Shown: in pieces, positions 31,171 through 42,393 of the stretch | Layout of the letters: each line of letters begins with the position of its first letter | Position numbering within the stretch: position 1 is the first letter of the stretch | From: Andalucia godoyi And28 | Taxonomy: Eukaryota > Protista > Jakobida | DNA length: 64,000 bases | Direction of reading: 5' to 3' | Assembly: GCA_009859145.1 (NCBI GenBank) | Contig: VRVR01000018.1 | Location: forward strand, 191,688 to 255,687 | The notes under the pieces: generated by a model | What the model saw: only the letters and a program-made list of their open reading frames with translations | What the model was told of the DNA's origin: nothing | The model's database searches: none | Position numbers and translations under genes: made by a program

Positions 31171-33888
31171 ATGACGTCGGCATATACAGAATCCGCTGAT
31201 TGGATTCAGCTTGGAGTGCAGAATGAACTGCCGGTGTACTATAAGTATGTACTGTTGCTGCTGTTGTTTTTTCTATTTCCGAATTTATCCACATGTGGAC
31301 GGGATTTTTCTTACTATTCGTTTAGGAAACATGAACTATACTCAATGCATTGGAAGAACTTTGATCTGGATGCTGTCCTGATAGCGGTTGCTTCATTCGG
31401 GGGTGCCATTGCAACCGTCAGGCATCCAAGAAAGCTCATTCGGTTGGATTTTGAAGGCTCAAATCCGAACATTCGAATGTATTCTTCTGCTGGAGTGGAA
31501 ATGGCTTCGGTGCTTTGGGACAAGAAGGCTGCTGTGAACACCCTAGGGTGGACTGAAGATGAAAAGTTGTGTGTTCTTTCAGATGAAGGAATTGTGTACG
31601 TGTACACTCTCCACGGAGAATTCGTTCGGTTGTTCAGTTGCGGTATGAATGCAGAGCTTGATTCTATTCTTGAAGCCCGTTTTTTTGGAAATTCTCTTGT
31701 TGTTATGACAAAAGAACATGCCATTTACATCGTGAAGAACGTTCACGAACCAAAGTTCCAAATCTACACCAATCCTCGCCTCGGAGACGAGCATCCGTAT
31801 TGCATTGAACCAGTGCCTGGGACATTCACTTTAAGCACGACCGCGGAGATTCTCATTTCACCAAGAACGCTTGCACCTCAGCCTGTTCCTGTTCCTGAAG
31901 TCCGAACCAAAGGCAAGCAGCCAATTCCGCAGCCTGTTGTGCCGGAGCAGCCGACTATTCTTGAGACTGGCGTCGTGACAGTTGTTGACGCAGCCGAGGC
32001 ATCGTCGCACACGATTCAAGACTCTTCGCCATTTCTTCGTTTTTCCATGTCTCCGAACGGTCAATTATTGGCAAGTTTTGATACGCAGGGCAGAGTTCAA
32101 GTCATGAAATCCGATTTCAGTCGAAGGCTTTCGTCGTTTTCTACTAAGTCAAAGGTTCCTCCTCGACAACTTGTTTGGTGCGGAATTGATGCTTTGGTGT
32201 TGGTTTGGGACCCAGAACAGTTGAAGGGTTCCCAATCCTTGGTCCTTATGGTCGGTCCGTACGGGGATTTTGAGAAATTCATGTTCGATGGTCCTGTTCA
32301 CTTGGTCTCGGAAGTTGATGGGTTGCGCATTATTTCGAACACCTCGTGTGAGTTTCTGCAACGTGTTCCCAGCTCCTTGGTGGACATTTTCAGGATTGGT
32401 TCTGTGGAACCTTCAGCGCTGCTCTTCGATGCTTTCCAGGAATACGAAAGGAAGAACCCTGCTTGCATCAAAAATATTCGAGCCATTAAAGACCAATTAA
32501 CGGATGCTGTTGATGCATGTGTCGAAGCCGCTGGTGCTGTTTTTAACGTAGAACTGCAGAGAGGACTTCTTCGTGCAGCGTCTTTTGGAAAGTCCTTCTG
32601 TGAGTTCTATTCTGCAGACACATTCGTGGACATGTGTCGGGCTTTACGCGTCTTGAACGCAGTTCGAGATGACTCCGTTGGTCTTCCTCTGACTATCGGC
32701 CAGTATGAACGACTCGGGCCGGAAACTGTTGTTCGAAAGTTAGTCGAGCGAAACAAGCATTTATTGGCTGTGCGCGTTTGCGACTGGCTTCGTCTGAAAG
32801 TTGACATGGTTCTCGTGCACTGGGCTTGTCAGAAGGTGAAGTTTGACTCCAGTCCGGATCAGGAAATCCTTCAAATTATCCGAGAAAAGTTGTCAAATTT
32901 TTCGAACATACCGTACCATGAAATCGCTTCTGCTGCATTTCAGGGAGGCAAACGCAAGTTGGCAATCCAACTTCTGGAGATGGAGACCAATCCTGCAAAA
33001 CAAGTACCATTGTTGCTATCCATGAACGAATTCGATTTGGCTTTGGACAAAGCGGTCTCCAGCGGCGATCCGGATCTGGTCTTTGTTTGCATTTTCCATA
33101 TTCGGGAAACTGAAGAAGCAGATACTTTCATGAATCAGCTTAAACGTCGACCACTTGCGCGCGATTTGTACGTTGGCTACACGAGAACTTGTGGGGCAGA
33201 AGAGTTGCGAAACGTCTATCTTTACATGGAACTGCTTCACGAAGCTGGAATGGCTAAGATCATGGATGCGTTTACAAATTTCGTTGATGTCCCAGATGCG
33301 ATTGCAAAACTTCGTGCAGCTGCCGATGATTTTAATGTTTCTTCAAAGGATTTCCAAGGGGTTTCTAGGCTTTGCGAGGAGCAAGTCGAGCTGCTACAAA
33401 GTCAGAAGGCTGCAGAGGAACACAGTGGGGATGGAGGAAGTCTCACGTTCTCATCGGTGTCAGACACTATTTACACGTTAATTTCTAGCGGAGATTTCAA
33501 ATCAGCTGAACGGTTTCGTTCACAGTTCAAAGTTACGGATAAGAAGTTTTGGTGGATCAAAGTGAAGGCACTTGGAGTTTCCCGGAATTGGGAGGGCCTT
33601 GAGAAGTTCGCAAAAGAGAAGAAATCACCCATTGGATATGAGCCGTTCGTCCAAGTTTGTATTGCAAATGGAAATCGATTGGAAGGTGAGAAGTATGTGG
33701 TACGTGTCGCAAACACGCGCACACGAGCAGAACTCTGGATGGAAATCGGCAACGTTGACGAGGCATCTCAGACAGCATTTCAAGCAAAAGATGTGCAGAT
33801 GTTGGAGATCATTCGCGATCGCTGTGAGTACAACAAAAGACTGCAGGCACAAGTTGAGCAACTCATTTCAAAATTGCAGGCCCCGTAA
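31171..33888 (+). CDS. VPS16: Vacuolar protein sorting 16 (HOPS/CORVET); in-frame intron 31245-31325
   Basis: Splicing gives YYKKHELYSMHW. Also ASFGGAIATVR, LLRAASFGKSF, KKFWWIKVKALG and KKSPIGYEPFV. Confidence 0.95.
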   Translation: MTSAYTESADWIQLGVQNELPVYYKYVLLLLLFFLFPNLSTCGRDFSYYSFRKHELYSMHWKNFDLDAVLIAVASFGGAIATVRHPRKLIRLDFEGSNPNIRMYSSAGVEMASVLWDKKAAVNTLGWTEDEKLCVLSDEGIVYVYTLHGEFVRLFSCGMNAELDSILEARFFGNSLVVMTKEHAIYIVKNVHEPKFQIYTNPRLGDEHPYCIEPVPGTFTLSTTAEILISPRTLAPQPVPVPEVRTKGKQPIPQPVVPEQPTILETGVVTVVDAAEASSHTIQDSSPFLRFSMSPNGQLLASFDTQGRVQVMKSDFSRRLSSFSTKSKVPPRQLVWCGIDALVLVWDPEQLKGSQSLVLMVGPYGDFEKFMFDGPVHLVSEVDGLRIISNTSCEFLQRVPSSLVDIFRIGSVEPSALLFDAFQEYERKNPACIKNIRAIKDQLTDAVDACVEAAGAVFNVELQRGLLRAASFGKSFCEFYSADTFVDMCRALRVLNAVRDDSVGLPLTIGQYERLGPETVVRKLVERNKHLLAVRVCDWLRLKVDMVLVHWACQKVKFDSSPDQEILQIIREKLSNFSNIPYHEIASAAFQGGKRKLAIQLLEMETNPAKQVPLLLSMNEFDLALDKAVSSGDPDLVFVCIFHIRETEEADTFMNQLKRRPLARDLYVGYTRTCGAEELRNVYLYMELLHEAGMAKIMDAFTNFVDVPDAIAKLRAAADDFNVSSKDFQGVSRLCEEQVELLQSQKAAEEHSGDGGSLTFSSVSDTIYTLISSGDFKSAERFRSQFKVTDKKFWWIKVKALGVSRNWEGLEKFAKEKKSPIGYEPFVQVCIANGNRLEGEKYVVRVANTRTRAELWMEIGNVDEASQTAFQAKDVQMLEIIRDRCEYNKRLQAQVEQLISKLQAP

Positions 33889-33898
33889 AAAATTAATC

Positions 33899-34564
33899 CT
33901 ACGTTTGTTTTCTCGATTCTGTTGATTTTTTCACTACCGGACATGACTTCTGTGCTGGTTTTGTCGGAGAATGACGAACAGCAACAGCCGGAGGCCTCCA
34001 TAATGTCCCGATACAGTCTTCAGGAGCTGAAAATGTGTTCTCATTAACCCGCTCAATGCCATGCATAATTTTTCGGAACTGTTGGTTCGGAAAGGCGACG
34101 GCATTTCGAAGATGTTTCCGGTTTTCGAAAAGGGACGAAACCCCATGTTTGTGCAGCTCGTGTCGAATCTGTTGTCTTGATTCAATTACAGTTCGGGAAA
34201 ATTTAAGATGAGCTTCTCTCAGTAAACATCCAGTTGGAAAAGAAGAAACAGCCGAAGGTGGCCGCAAAACACGGGCCTGAGCGAGCGGCTCGCTGAAGGG
34301 TCCTTTGGGATGGATGCTGAGACGGTCGAACGGATCATTTGCCGGAAACATGGCGACAGGCTCTTCAGAGAATGCACAGTCTTCAACAGCTGGCAACTTA
34401 GAACTGTCTCTCATTCGACCAAAATTTCTTCGGTGTGACGAAGAGAGAGATCTCCCCCGTGCAGGATATTCAGCACACTGCATCTCAGGTACAGTCATCT
34501 TGCCAAAGATTTTCTCGTAGAATTCGCTTCCGGACAAGGAGACATGAGATACGTCCATTTGCAT
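33899..34564 (-). CDS. Hypothetical protein (start and exon structure uncertain)
   Basis: 221-aa ORF ending 10 nt from the VPS16 stop. No motif recognised. Confidence 0.35.
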   Translation of the reverse strand: MQMDVSHVSLSGSEFYEKIFGKMTVPEMQCAEYPARGRSLSSSHRRNFGRMRDSSKLPAVEDCAFSEEPVAMFPANDPFDRLSIHPKGPFSEPLAQARVLRPPSAVSSFPTGCLLREAHLKFSRTVIESRQQIRHELHKHGVSSLFENRKHLRNAVAFPNQQFRKIMHGIERVNENTFSAPEDCIGTLWRPPAVAVRHSPTKPAQKSCPVVKKSTESRKQT

Positions 34565-35429
34565 ATTAAATCTAAGGAGTTAATAACCAAACCAAGAAGC
34601 AGAAAAAGAAAACATGCTGAAACCACTGCAGAGGATGCCTTTTTAATAATCAGCAGTCCGACATTCACATCGACAGACAAGACGAAGAAAAACCGCTGTA
34701 GGGATGGAGAGAACACTACGACCGGGATATTTCCGGAAAAACAGGAACACATTACACGTCGGATAAAATCGGAAGTCCAAGACCTGCGAAAACAGATGAG
34801 GTTCGACGGAAGTTCTGCACTCCACAGAACAGCAGCATAACAAGGAAGCTGATTAGTGCAAGATACAGTCTCAGAAGACCTTGCACATGTCTGCCGAATG
34901 CAGAACCTGGCGTTCCGGCAGAAGCCAACAACGACAATGAAAAAACGGGAGGCAGGGAGAACTGATTGCTGGAGATGAACATTCGGCATCCCGAGGGACC
35001 CAACAGGCAAACGTGTTTTCACAAAATCGGTTGTTTCAACTCAAACAACAAAACTACGAAAAGAACTCGGAATATTCACTAACAGTCCTCGAGTTCGGTT
35101 CGGAAAAGACAAATGCCAGAGACATCCAAAATCCAGCACCGGTGGGAAATATTATTCCATACTGTACTCTTCGAATCGACGGTCGCCGTCTGCTGAAAAA
35201 AAGATTCCGTGAATCCTTTGCTGCAGAACGCATCGTAAAAAAACCGGAATGAATGCAAGATGTAATCTGTTCTATTCGAAATCACTGTTGACTACTCGCA
35301 GCAGCTTAACAGGCACTGAATTATTAAAAAACACAGTAATTCTCAAACGATACTGTCAATTATATAATCCATGTAAAATTTGTGCTTTGCAATGGCTCGC
35401 GTGCGACCTCTGGAAACGGTCAGGGTAAT

Positions 35430-35822
35430 TCATAGTTTTCGGAACGGGGTCCGGCCATGGGACACGAGGTGATTATCAAGTATGAGCATATCGCCCGTCC
35501 TCCAGTCAAACGACACGGTGTTGCGATGCACAATATCTGCGATGGTCTGAATCTGTCGCCACCTCATCGGCTCATCTTTTGAAAACATGCACGTCATGGA
35601 CTGCTGGAGAGGCTTCTTGATCAGCAGCAACGTAAACGTGAGCACAAACACGAAGATTCCCAACATCAAATGCATGAAATTCCACGTTGACGCAAACAAT
35701 CTCAGAATGCTGCTCCAAAGATTTTCCTGCAAACTTTGCGAAAACCGGAAATGGCTGCACGATATTCGGAGGTGTAGAGTAATTTCTGTAAACCAACAGT
35801 TCCACGTGCGAAGACAAACCAT
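35430..35822 (-). pseudogene. C-terminal fragment of a TauD/TfdA-family Fe(II)/2-oxoglutarate dioxygenase
   Basis: VSFDWRTGDMLILDNHLVSHGRTPF is the canonical WxxGDxxxxDNxxxxHGR motif. I found no N-terminal HxD/E region upstream, and there is an in-frame stop just upstream. Confidence 0.6.
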
Positions 35823-37180
35823 TGGAGGAAATACGTCTGTCCCAGTGCTACGGATTTAGGACAGTGCTAGAGGGAAGCACCTTGAATGAACATCTGTTAC
35901 ATTAAAATCGCCCAACGCCTCAGATTCGGTTTGGTTAGTCGGAATTCTTTATGTCATCACCGTTAGTTTGCACTGTCTCTGCCAACGCGCAGAACGTACG
36001 AACAGAAAGCATTCGTGTTTGCATTGTCTTCTCGGAGGGGGGCTTCCATCAGACAGTTTAGATGACATATCCGCCGCCGATAGAATGATGTCAACGGAAT
36101 CGAAGACTTCCCAACAGCTTCGAAATCATTGCGATTGCAGAACTCTTTTTTGACTGTCGTTTCGAAACTTGTGCAGGAATTCAGCCTTCTAGATCGCTGC
36201 TGGTTTCGTTTCAGTGAATGTGTTGCTGTTTGACTTTTGGATGTATGCTAAGGACGTGTGCATTTTCCTAGAATTGCCTTGCAGTTTTTCAAATGTCAGT
36301 TGCTGCCACCCTGTTATCGACATTTGTTGACTCCCATGTTTTTTCGTTCTAAGTAAGTTGAGCACCGATTTGTATCGATTAGAAATTTTTCTGGAGAATA
36401 CCGGCTCTTTTTCAGGCTCATGTCTCATTTTTTTATTTGCCTGCTGAAGGTCTGTTTCTTGACGCAGAGAATCTGCGCTGCTTCTTATAAATATTCATTG
36501 AATCCCACTGAACAACACCCATCCAGCAATTTACCGTCGTCCGGTCTGCGTTTTGGTGGTCGATGTCTGGTCAAATTTGACATTCACTGACATGGCGGTG
36601 TTGTTGGCTTGGTTGTCTCCCCACACCGTGGATTACATTTTACAAATCGCATTTAGGTAGTTAGGATTCGGCACAGTGGAGGCTGTCAGTTTCTTATGGT
36701 ATTCATTCGGATTCTTGCGTTGTGTTATTCTCCGTTTCTGTTGCAGAATATTGCAGGTGCATGTTCGTAGTTTTTCTCGAAGGCTGTGGGTTCGCTGGTA
36801 GAATAAATGGCTTTTCTGGTGGTAAACAACGGGCACGGTCGGTTTTTGTCAGCACTCATTGCCTGCGCAGTGTCCGCAATGAGCTTTCTCGGACTCTCCT
36901 CTTTTTGTTTTTCGATTGCATTTAATTCATCTGTTTACGGTAAAATGCAGACTGAATCCGGACTACATACGAGATTGCCATGAAGCCATTATTCCGACGT
37001 CGTAAATTTCGAGCCTTGGCAGGCGCATGAACAATTGTATTTTTGCAGCGGAGCCATCAGAATGCAGCGATGGCGCATAGATCTGTATACCTTGCTGACA
37101 CGTGATGAGCCAGTAGCACGCTGTCATACCCGCACCAGCACCACAGTGTAACAGTCCGTACTATTTGGGGTGTTTTTCCA

Positions 37181-38400
37181 TCATGATTGGTCGAGAACAA
37201 GTGAATATACAGATATGCTCCGGTCATCGCTTCCGGCGACAACAATGAATGTGGACGGCAACGGAAAGACACAAAACTGGCGAACCACATCCGTGTGCAC
37301 CTCAACCAAATTTTCGAGTTCATTCAGTCCGTGACCACCAAGAATTCTCAGCGCACCATTCGAATCTGACACCAATAGAGAGGACTGCATGTTTGTGCTG
37401 AGTTTGCACATGTGAAGAAACGATGAATCGGCACTGTAATGCACAAGTGAGCTCTGAGAATCGGAAGAGAGATCGGAAATGCAAACACAGCCGTCTTCAC
37501 CAACAGAATGCACAAACGGCAATTCCACGGCAAGCGATCTGACAGCCGTGCTGTGAGGTTGTGACTCAGAAACCAAGCAACACTGTCTCTCAAGGATATT
37601 CATCTTCATAATGCGTCCGTCAAAGGTTCCCAACACAGCAGTCTCATCACAGCTGACAACTGCTGAAAACGAAATCCCAGGAAAAGAACTGCTCCAGATA
37701 ACTTCAAGATTTGGCAAGGAGATCAGCAGCACAGCGCCAAGATGCGATGCTGCAATGCACTTGGAATCATTCAGGAGACAAACGACAAATTGATCATCTG
37801 GTTTTTAAAAAGCAAACAAACAACCAAGTAAGACCTTGCCATTGCATTGGAACGACAGAAAGAAGACACATACGAGAAACATAGCTTTTGGATAGTTCCA
37901 AAGCTGTTCCAGAATACGACAAAGATCGCAATCCACCGGCCACCGAGGCACAGACGATAACACGTCCCCGAACTGCTACATTGGATATCGGGAAGCCTCG
38001 CAGATACAGTTCGCATTTGCAAACGATTTCAGATTGATCATACTCCCTGCATATGGATCAAGACACAGACAATCATCAGTCGTCAGCATGCTGGCGATAA
38101 AAATCAAAAGAGAAGTCTTTGAGGGTACGTACCAAACCTTCACAACCGAATCCGCAGACGCACTCAAGAAGACCAATTTTTGTTCTGTTTGTTCCAACTT
38201 TGTAACAGCCCATATGGAATCAGCATGGCTGTCCATCTGCCGTGCTAATGTGCGTAATGACATGATCCCCCGAAACTGCAAGGATATCGATATTCTTGCA
38301 TATTTTCGACTGAATACCAGTGTTCACCATATGCGCCGTGCCAAAAACGGTCTGCATTGCACACCGGCCGGCCACACAGGGTGCTGCTCCCGCTCATCTT
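37181..38400 (-). CDS. Multi-exon WD40-repeat protein (boundaries approximate)
   Basis: Fragments DSHADSIWAV...FLSASADSVVKVW, HSTAVRSLAV...HSVGEDGCVCISD and HTDVVRQF...VAGSDDRSISVY. A GTACGT...CTGAC...GCAG intron splices KVW to EYDQSEIVCK. Confidence 0.7.
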
Positions 38401-38691
38401 CGCTGTCTTCGCTGGTGACTGCAGTTGAGACTGGATACCGGCTGACGAAAAGCCTTCCCAAAACGCGCAGAACTTGAAGTGACTGGGTTTGACATTTTTT
38501 TTTTTGCCCCAGATTTTGACCACGCCAATGAGCTTTTTTCCTCCAAGGTTTATTACAGTATAACTCACCGCCAATTGCTCAATCCCTGCAGCGCTTTTTT
38601 TGTGTTCCTATAAACATCCCTTTCGAATATTTTTCTGCGCAACCAATCCCAAGAGGGTTTTTCTTTTGAATTACGAAAGAAATCGTTAGAA

Positions 38692-39681
38692 ATGCCGCTC
38701 TCTGTTATGGAACTTTGTTCGGCGACGACTCCCGATGACGTGTTCTGTCTGGCATTTTCAGATGACTCGCAGCACATCACCGCTGGATGTTCGAATGGAA
38801 ACATCATCACGTTTGGTGGCGCCAATGGTCGGCAAATGTATTCCATCTCTCCGACAAGCGGAGCAGGAAGTTTTCCAGTAACTTGTATCCGCTACCGTCC
38901 ATTTTCAGAGTCAATGTCTACGCGAAATGTGCTGTTAGCAACCACGTCAACCGGGTTAGTCCAGCATTGGCATGTCTCGTCTTCGCGAAACATCCATACC
39001 ATCTCAGAACATCCCAATCAGACGTACACTTGCGACTACCGTCATGATGGCATGTTGTTCGCGACCGCTGGCTCGGATCACATCATGAGGGTGTATTCGG
39101 AAGAGACCAAGACGCTGATCTCGCAACTGAGCGGCGGACACGGAGATGTCACTGCAGGAAATTCTAATCGGGTGTTTGCGCTGAAATGGCATCCAACCGA
39201 TCCCAATGTTTTCTTGGCGGGAGGCTGGGACAATGTTGTTGCATTCTACGACATCCGTGTTCCGCACGCCGTTCGATCAATTTTTGGCCCGCATATGTGC
39301 GGAGACGCGCTGCGCTTTATGAAAGGAGACTCCGCTTCCACAGAGATTGTTACAGGTTCTTGGAGGACTGAAGATCAGCTGCAGATTTGGAATTACGATA
39401 CAGGTGCACTGTTGAGAAACGTGAGTGTCCAGGGTCAAGGTGCTCGTGGCGAAGCCAATATGCTGTATGCTGTTGATGTGTCTCCGAATGGCAAGTTGAT
39501 TGCGTTTTGCGGTTCTGGCGCAAATGAAGCTCGTGTTATTGAAGCGTCCACCGGCATGGCGCTGTCTGTGATCCGCGGTGAGGGTAAGGCATTTTTTTCT
39601 TGTGCTTTTTCTCCGGATGGCACAAAAGTGGCATTTGCTGCTGGTTGCAAGATTACGGTATTGGAGATTCGTGATATGTAA
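38692..39681 (+). CDS. WD40-repeat protein
   Basis: Repeated WD units (VFCLAFSDDSQHITAGCSNG, FATAGSDHIMRVY, FLAGGWDNVVAFYD, VTGSWRTEDQLQIWNY). Confidence 0.9.
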   Translation: MPLSVMELCSATTPDDVFCLAFSDDSQHITAGCSNGNIITFGGANGRQMYSISPTSGAGSFPVTCIRYRPFSESMSTRNVLLATTSTGLVQHWHVSSSRNIHTISEHPNQTYTCDYRHDGMLFATAGSDHIMRVYSEETKTLISQLSGGHGDVTAGNSNRVFALKWHPTDPNVFLAGGWDNVVAFYDIRVPHAVRSIFGPHMCGDALRFMKGDSASTEIVTGSWRTEDQLQIWNYDTGALLRNVSVQGQGARGEANMLYAVDVSPNGKLIAFCGSGANEARVIEASTGMALSVIRGEGKAFFSCAFSPDGTKVAFAAGCKITVLEIRDM

Positions 39682-39862
39682 CCAGAAGAAAGGAGAAAAG
39701 GAAGAAAAACATGCAAACAATGACAAAAACTCCCCCCCAAAAAAAAAAGGAAAAATAGCCAATGAAGTGAATACCAAGCAGAATTGGACATGATGTTTTT
39801 ATTTTTCCTTGCGTCCATCTGTAAAAGAGATTTCTTCGCGATCATGTCTGATCCTCAGGTGC

Positions 39863-42223
39863 TCACTTTTTATCCTCAGGAACGGCTTTGGGAATTCCAA
39901 TGTCATGAACTGTGCCAAGGAAGCGTCTCCGAACAAATGCTCTCAGTTCTGCAATTTCGTCTTCAGAAACTGGAACGTTAGCAACAAGAGTCGCCTTGGG
40001 TTGGTTCACAACCATCGTTTCACCCGGAGCACCAGGCACAGGCACGAGAACCGGCTTTGGAGTACCAAACATACCCTGCAGTAATTCATACGCCAGAAGC
40101 GTAGTTCCAAACTGAGGAGCAGAACGGAAAACTCTCATTGTGGCTCCTTTGAAAAAGACTCTATATCCTTCTGCGGCATAAACCTGACGAGCACAATCCA
40201 TCAACCCAGTGTACACAACATCTCCCTTGCGTGCAGCTTGTTGCAAACGGGTTTTGATAACATCTGCAGGAGTTGCAGACCATGCAGACACAGCACCAGC
40301 CATTGTACCGGAGATCAACAAATAATGCGAAGGGATCGTACCAGTCTTCTCATTGATAAACAGGGATTTCAGATGAGCATAAAGAGGGAAGTAAATCGCA
40401 GAAAATGGAACGTCCCGCAGCAAACAGGCTCCAGCACCCTTGTATAAACCCAAAGGACCTAATTCCCGCACAATCTGCATTGCGCTCTTCGGAACAAACG
40501 GTTCACCGCCAGCAAGACTCTTGGATTGCATTTGCAACCGAATCTTCACGATCTCTAGAGGATTTGTAAAAATAACTTGGCAGCCGCCTGCTGAGCCTCC
40601 TGCAATGATCTCCATTGGAAGAGACAGTTTTCCAGGGTTTTCCTTGTCTTCCAAAGCCGATCGCAACGCATCATTCACAACCAATTTGATCGCTTTCTCA
40701 GGGCCCACCCCAACCAACTGTGGACCCAGACCCTTGTACATCCCCGTGAACCCACGTTCTGAATACGTCTTACGGAAACAATCAATCGCACCAGAGTACA
40801 AATGTCCTTGCGTTGACTGCAGTAGCGTCTTCACAACGTCGATGGGATACACAACCGTTGCGCCAATCATTCCAGCAATGGAGCCCATTAAGAAAGACCG
40901 TGCACCTTCGTACAATTTGATTGCGGCTTTTGCCCAGAACGCAATCGACGCGGATTCAGTCCCCGGCATAGGAGTTGCACTAGGCACCGGGAGTTGAGGA
41001 ACAACAGAAGCTGGTACAATGGAAACAGGCGTCACAGAGGCAGTTTCAACGGGTGCAACTGCCGTGTCCATTTGCTGCTGCACATCCTTGATGTCACTGT
41101 CCTCAATGCTTTCCGCTTTTGCGATCCAAGAAGTCTGGTTTCGCTGAGCCCTATCACGCATGATTGAAACCAAATCGTTGTAGTTCTTATCAGACAAGTT
41201 ATCGGAGCCGTCGCCAAAGATGGAGAATATTGTGTCCGCTTCCATCTGCGAAAGCGCGACACCCGTCTTCTCTCGGACAAAGCGCACAAATTCGCGTTTG
41301 GAAATGGTATTTCCATCATTCGCAAAGGCTTTCTTACGCAGCGTCTCCGCAAACAGATCAAGATTCTTCAAAAAGTTGTTGAATGCCAGAAACTCGGCAA
41401 ACGTCACAGATTGCTTGGACAAATTGGACTTTGCGAATGCGTCGATATTGCTCTTGATGTAGTCGGGAATACGATCCTTTTCAACGTAGGATGTCAAAAT
41501 CGATGCAAAATCTTGTCCAGAAATTCTCCCATCTCGGTCGTGATCATACCGATCAAATTCTTGGCGAACCATTTCGTTCTTGAATTCCTTCAAGAACTGC
41601 GAGAACTGAGAAAAACTCAAGTTTCCAGACCCAGAAGATCCAAAAAAGCGTCGCATCAATTCACAATCAAAGTCAAAATCGGCAAGAAATCCAGACTTGT
41701 TAGCAGAAATCACGCGTTTAAACTCATCCTTCGTCACAGTACCCTTTCCATCCAAGTCGAACAAGACAAATGCAATTTCGAACTCACTTTCAGGAGTAGT
41801 GAGAAGCTTGAAAAGCAACACATACTCCGAAAAGTTGATCAGTCCTGTTCGATCTCGAGACGCATAGTTGAATAAAAGACGAAGGTGGGAGTCTGAAGTA
41901 TCGAAAGATTCATCTTTGTGACCGTCAGGCTCGGCAATCATGGATTTCAAAAAATCATCCAGAGTCATGTAGGGCTTTCCATCAACCGTTTGAGAAGCGA
42001 AAATCTCAAAGATTCGGCGAAGCTTGCTCACAAACTCCCGTTGAGGACGGCGATCAGCGGCCTGTGCTTCTGCCTGTAAAACAACGGTACCCACACCGAC
42101 CCCGACAGCAGCAGCAGCCGCAAAAGTCGCGACCGCAGCCTTTGAAACATTACGCGAGGCCCTTGAGTGGGCAAACGCAACGCGAGAAGCGTTACGAGCT
42201 TGGAACAATGCGCGACGGAGCAT
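39863..42223 (-). CDS. SLC25A12: Calcium-binding mitochondrial aspartate/glutamate carrier (Aralar/citrin, SLC25A12/13 family)
   Basis: YMTLDDF and EF-hands (DRTGLINFSEY, DLDGKGTVTKDEF, DHDRDGRISGQDF), plus carrier repeats (YPIDVVKT, GPQLVGVGPEKAIKLVVND, NPLEIVKIRLQ, TPADVIKTRLQ). Confidence 0.93.
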   Translation of the reverse strand: MLRRALFQARNASRVAFAHSRASRNVSKAAVATFAAAAAVGVGVGTVVLQAEAQAADRRPQREFVSKLRRIFEIFASQTVDGKPYMTLDDFLKSMIAEPDGHKDESFDTSDSHLRLLFNYASRDRTGLINFSEYVLLFKLLTTPESEFEIAFVLFDLDGKGTVTKDEFKRVISANKSGFLADFDFDCELMRRFFGSSGSGNLSFSQFSQFLKEFKNEMVRQEFDRYDHDRDGRISGQDFASILTSYVEKDRIPDYIKSNIDAFAKSNLSKQSVTFAEFLAFNNFLKNLDLFAETLRKKAFANDGNTISKREFVRFVREKTGVALSQMEADTIFSIFGDGSDNLSDKNYNDLVSIMRDRAQRNQTSWIAKAESIEDSDIKDVQQQMDTAVAPVETASVTPVSIVPASVVPQLPVPSATPMPGTESASIAFWAKAAIKLYEGARSFLMGSIAGMIGATVVYPIDVVKTLLQSTQGHLYSGAIDCFRKTYSERGFTGMYKGLGPQLVGVGPEKAIKLVVNDALRSALEDKENPGKLSLPMEIIAGGSAGGCQVIFTNPLEIVKIRLQMQSKSLAGGEPFVPKSAMQIVRELGPLGLYKGAGACLLRDVPFSAIYFPLYAHLKSLFINEKTGTIPSHYLLISGTMAGAVSAWSATPADVIKTRLQQAARKGDVVYTGLMDCARQVYAAEGYRVFFKGATMRVFRSAPQFGTTLLAYELLQGMFGTPKPVLVPVPGAPGETMVVNQPKATLVANVPVSEDEIAELRAFVRRRFLGTVHDIGIPKAVPEDKK

Positions 42224-42393
42224 ATGACAAAGACAAAACCACAACTGAAAAAAGAGGAGAAGAAGAAAAAAGAAAACGAACAAACAAACAAAATTAAAAT
42301 AAAATAAAATAAAACACGAAGAAATGGACAACAAGTGTCAGCTGCACACCACGAAAGGCCGAGCGGTTCCATGCTTGCTGTTGCCTTCGCCCT

